DNA of 56,088 nucleotides from Opitutia bacterium. GTDB taxonomy: Bacteria; Verrucomicrobiota; Verrucomicrobiia; Opitutales; Seribacteraceae. Below are positions 55,144 through 56,088 of the stretch, piece after piece. The DNA is taken from contig JABGWD010000145.1 in the NCBI GenBank assembly GCA_018645725.1, forward strand, positions 1-56,088, in the 5' to 3' direction. The stretch's first letter is position 1. Every line of letters begins with the position of its first letter. The notes under the pieces are model-generated. The model was not told the origin of the DNA and ran no database searches. It saw only the letters and a list, made by a program, of their open reading frames with translations. The translations under genes and the position numbers were made by a program.

Positions 55144-56088
55144 ATGAGAATGGGTATTTTCAGGGTGCCGTTTTACCTTCTTTGCATTTTTGCGCTTAAT
55201 CAAGCCCATTATGCAAGCGAAGGCAGGAGGTGGTTGGATCTCTCATTGAAAGACCTGCAGGCTGCAGCCGAGGCGAGAGATTCCTATGCTCAAGGCTTTT
55301 TGGCCTTGGTTTACGCTCATGGGGACAAAGGTGCGGACATTTCGATCACCAAAGCCAGCAAATGGGCGGCCCTTTCTTCTCAAGCCAATCATTGGCTTGG
55401 TCACTTTGCCCTTGGTTTTCTTGCTCGGTTTCGGGCCGATGGATTGGAGGAGGCGGACGTTGGCCGTTATTACCTCAAGTCCTTTCTGGACCGCGACGGA
55501 CGAATGATCAAAGCCGCCGCCTCCGGTGACCCCGTCGCATCCTACGCTTTGGCCGAAATCTTCACCTCCGACGAGGTCAGGCCTTCGCTTGTTCCCGATT
55601 TGGAGTTGGCGGCCGAGCATTATTCCGTTTCCTCGCATGCAGGCTATGGGCCGGCAAGCATTGAATTTGCTCTTATCAAGGCTCATCTGGTCGGAAACGA
55701 AGAATTTGGAATCAAGAAAGACTTGCCCGGCGGAATTGCCCTCCTGCAGGAAGCCGCTCGGGCGGACATGCCTTCGGCCAATCATTATCTGGGAAGGTTT
55801 TACTACCAGGGGATTGGGGTCAAGGCCGACCCCAAGATGGCCCTTGTTCATTACCATGCCGCTGCCGATCGGGGGCATGCAATCTCCCAGCTTACGGTTG
55901 CCGATTTTCACGCTTACGGGGAGGCCGGCCCGGTAAAGATCGACCTTGCCCTTCGTTACGCCCGCTTGGCCATGGACCAAATGGAAACTCAGGCCCTTGA
56001 AAAAATCGCCGCCTACGAAGAGCTCCTCGCAGGAGGCGGAACCGCTCCGCGAGGCCAGTCAACCACCTTGCCTCAGGTTCCTTCCCCC
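55144..56088 (+). CDS. Secreted Sel1-like repeat protein (3' truncated by window)
   Basis: Open frame from ATG 55144 to the window end (MRMGIFRVPFYLLCIFALN...); Sel1 repeats such as ANHYLGRFYYQGIGVKADPKMALVHYHAAADRG. Confidence 0.85.
   Translation, partial: MRMGIFRVPFYLLCIFALNQAHYASEGRRWLDLSLKDLQAAAEARDSYAQGFLALVYAHGDKGADISITKASKWAALSSQANHWLGHFALGFLARFRADGLEEADVGRYYLKSFLDRDGRMIKAAASGDPVASYALAEIFTSDEVRPSLVPDLELAAEHYSVSSHAGYGPASIEFALIKAHLVGNEEFGIKKDLPGGIALLQEAARADMPSANHYLGRFYYQGIGVKADPKMALVHYHAAADRGHAISQLTVADFHAYGEAGPVKIDLALRYARLAMDQMETQALEKIAAYEELLAGGGTAPRGQSTTLPQVPSP

Noticed and set aside
1-56088. CRISPR arrays, tRNA/rRNA genes, integrases, transposases, defence systems
   Set aside because: None recognised by eye; nearly all sequence is accounted for by protein-coding genes. 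Dedicated scans were not run.

Overview
Gene-dense bacterial chromosomal segment with about 46 CDS. I found no rRNA, tRNA, CRISPR array or mobile element. Gene content (DUF1501 / DUF1549-DUF1553 planctomycete cytochrome c pairs, three formylglycine-type sulfatases, GH81 beta-1,3-glucanase, ThuA-domain proteins) suggests a PVC-superphylum carbohydrate degrader, probably a marine Verrucomicrobiota; this is inference. Layout in order: a DUF1501 end and GH81; a minus-strand run of mostly exported proteins (two NIPSNAP proteins, coiled-coil repeat protein, beta-helix, Gfo/Idh/MocA, EF-hand, FG-GAP); feoAB behind a Fur-like palindrome; two paralogous HDOD genes bracketing two sulfatases and an esterase; SGNH, SMP-30, PhoD-like, sulfatase and CBM-nitrilase genes; an SDR / sugar ABC / UxaE-like operon; AraC divergent from a small ORF, PSD1-cytochrome c, DUF1501, vWA and ThuA; then xylB, an OvoA-type methyltransferase, rodA, an RNase E/G gene, glycerate kinase, DUF2062, namZ, ACT and a Sel1-repeat protein. 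Most notable observations: (1) a 38-aa lipoprotein absent from the ORF track whose 20-aa mature part carries two D/E-x-N-x-S/T sequons; (2) a ~145-aa module shared by the GH81 and the PSD1-cytochrome protein; (3) an ABC permease with a duplicated extracytoplasmic insert next to a divergent UxaE; (4) exported tandem-NIPSNAP proteins; (5) a three-fold His-motif coiled-coil repeat protein; (6) Cys clusters embedded in FeoA and FeoB. All family calls come from motif recognition by eye, not from database searches.
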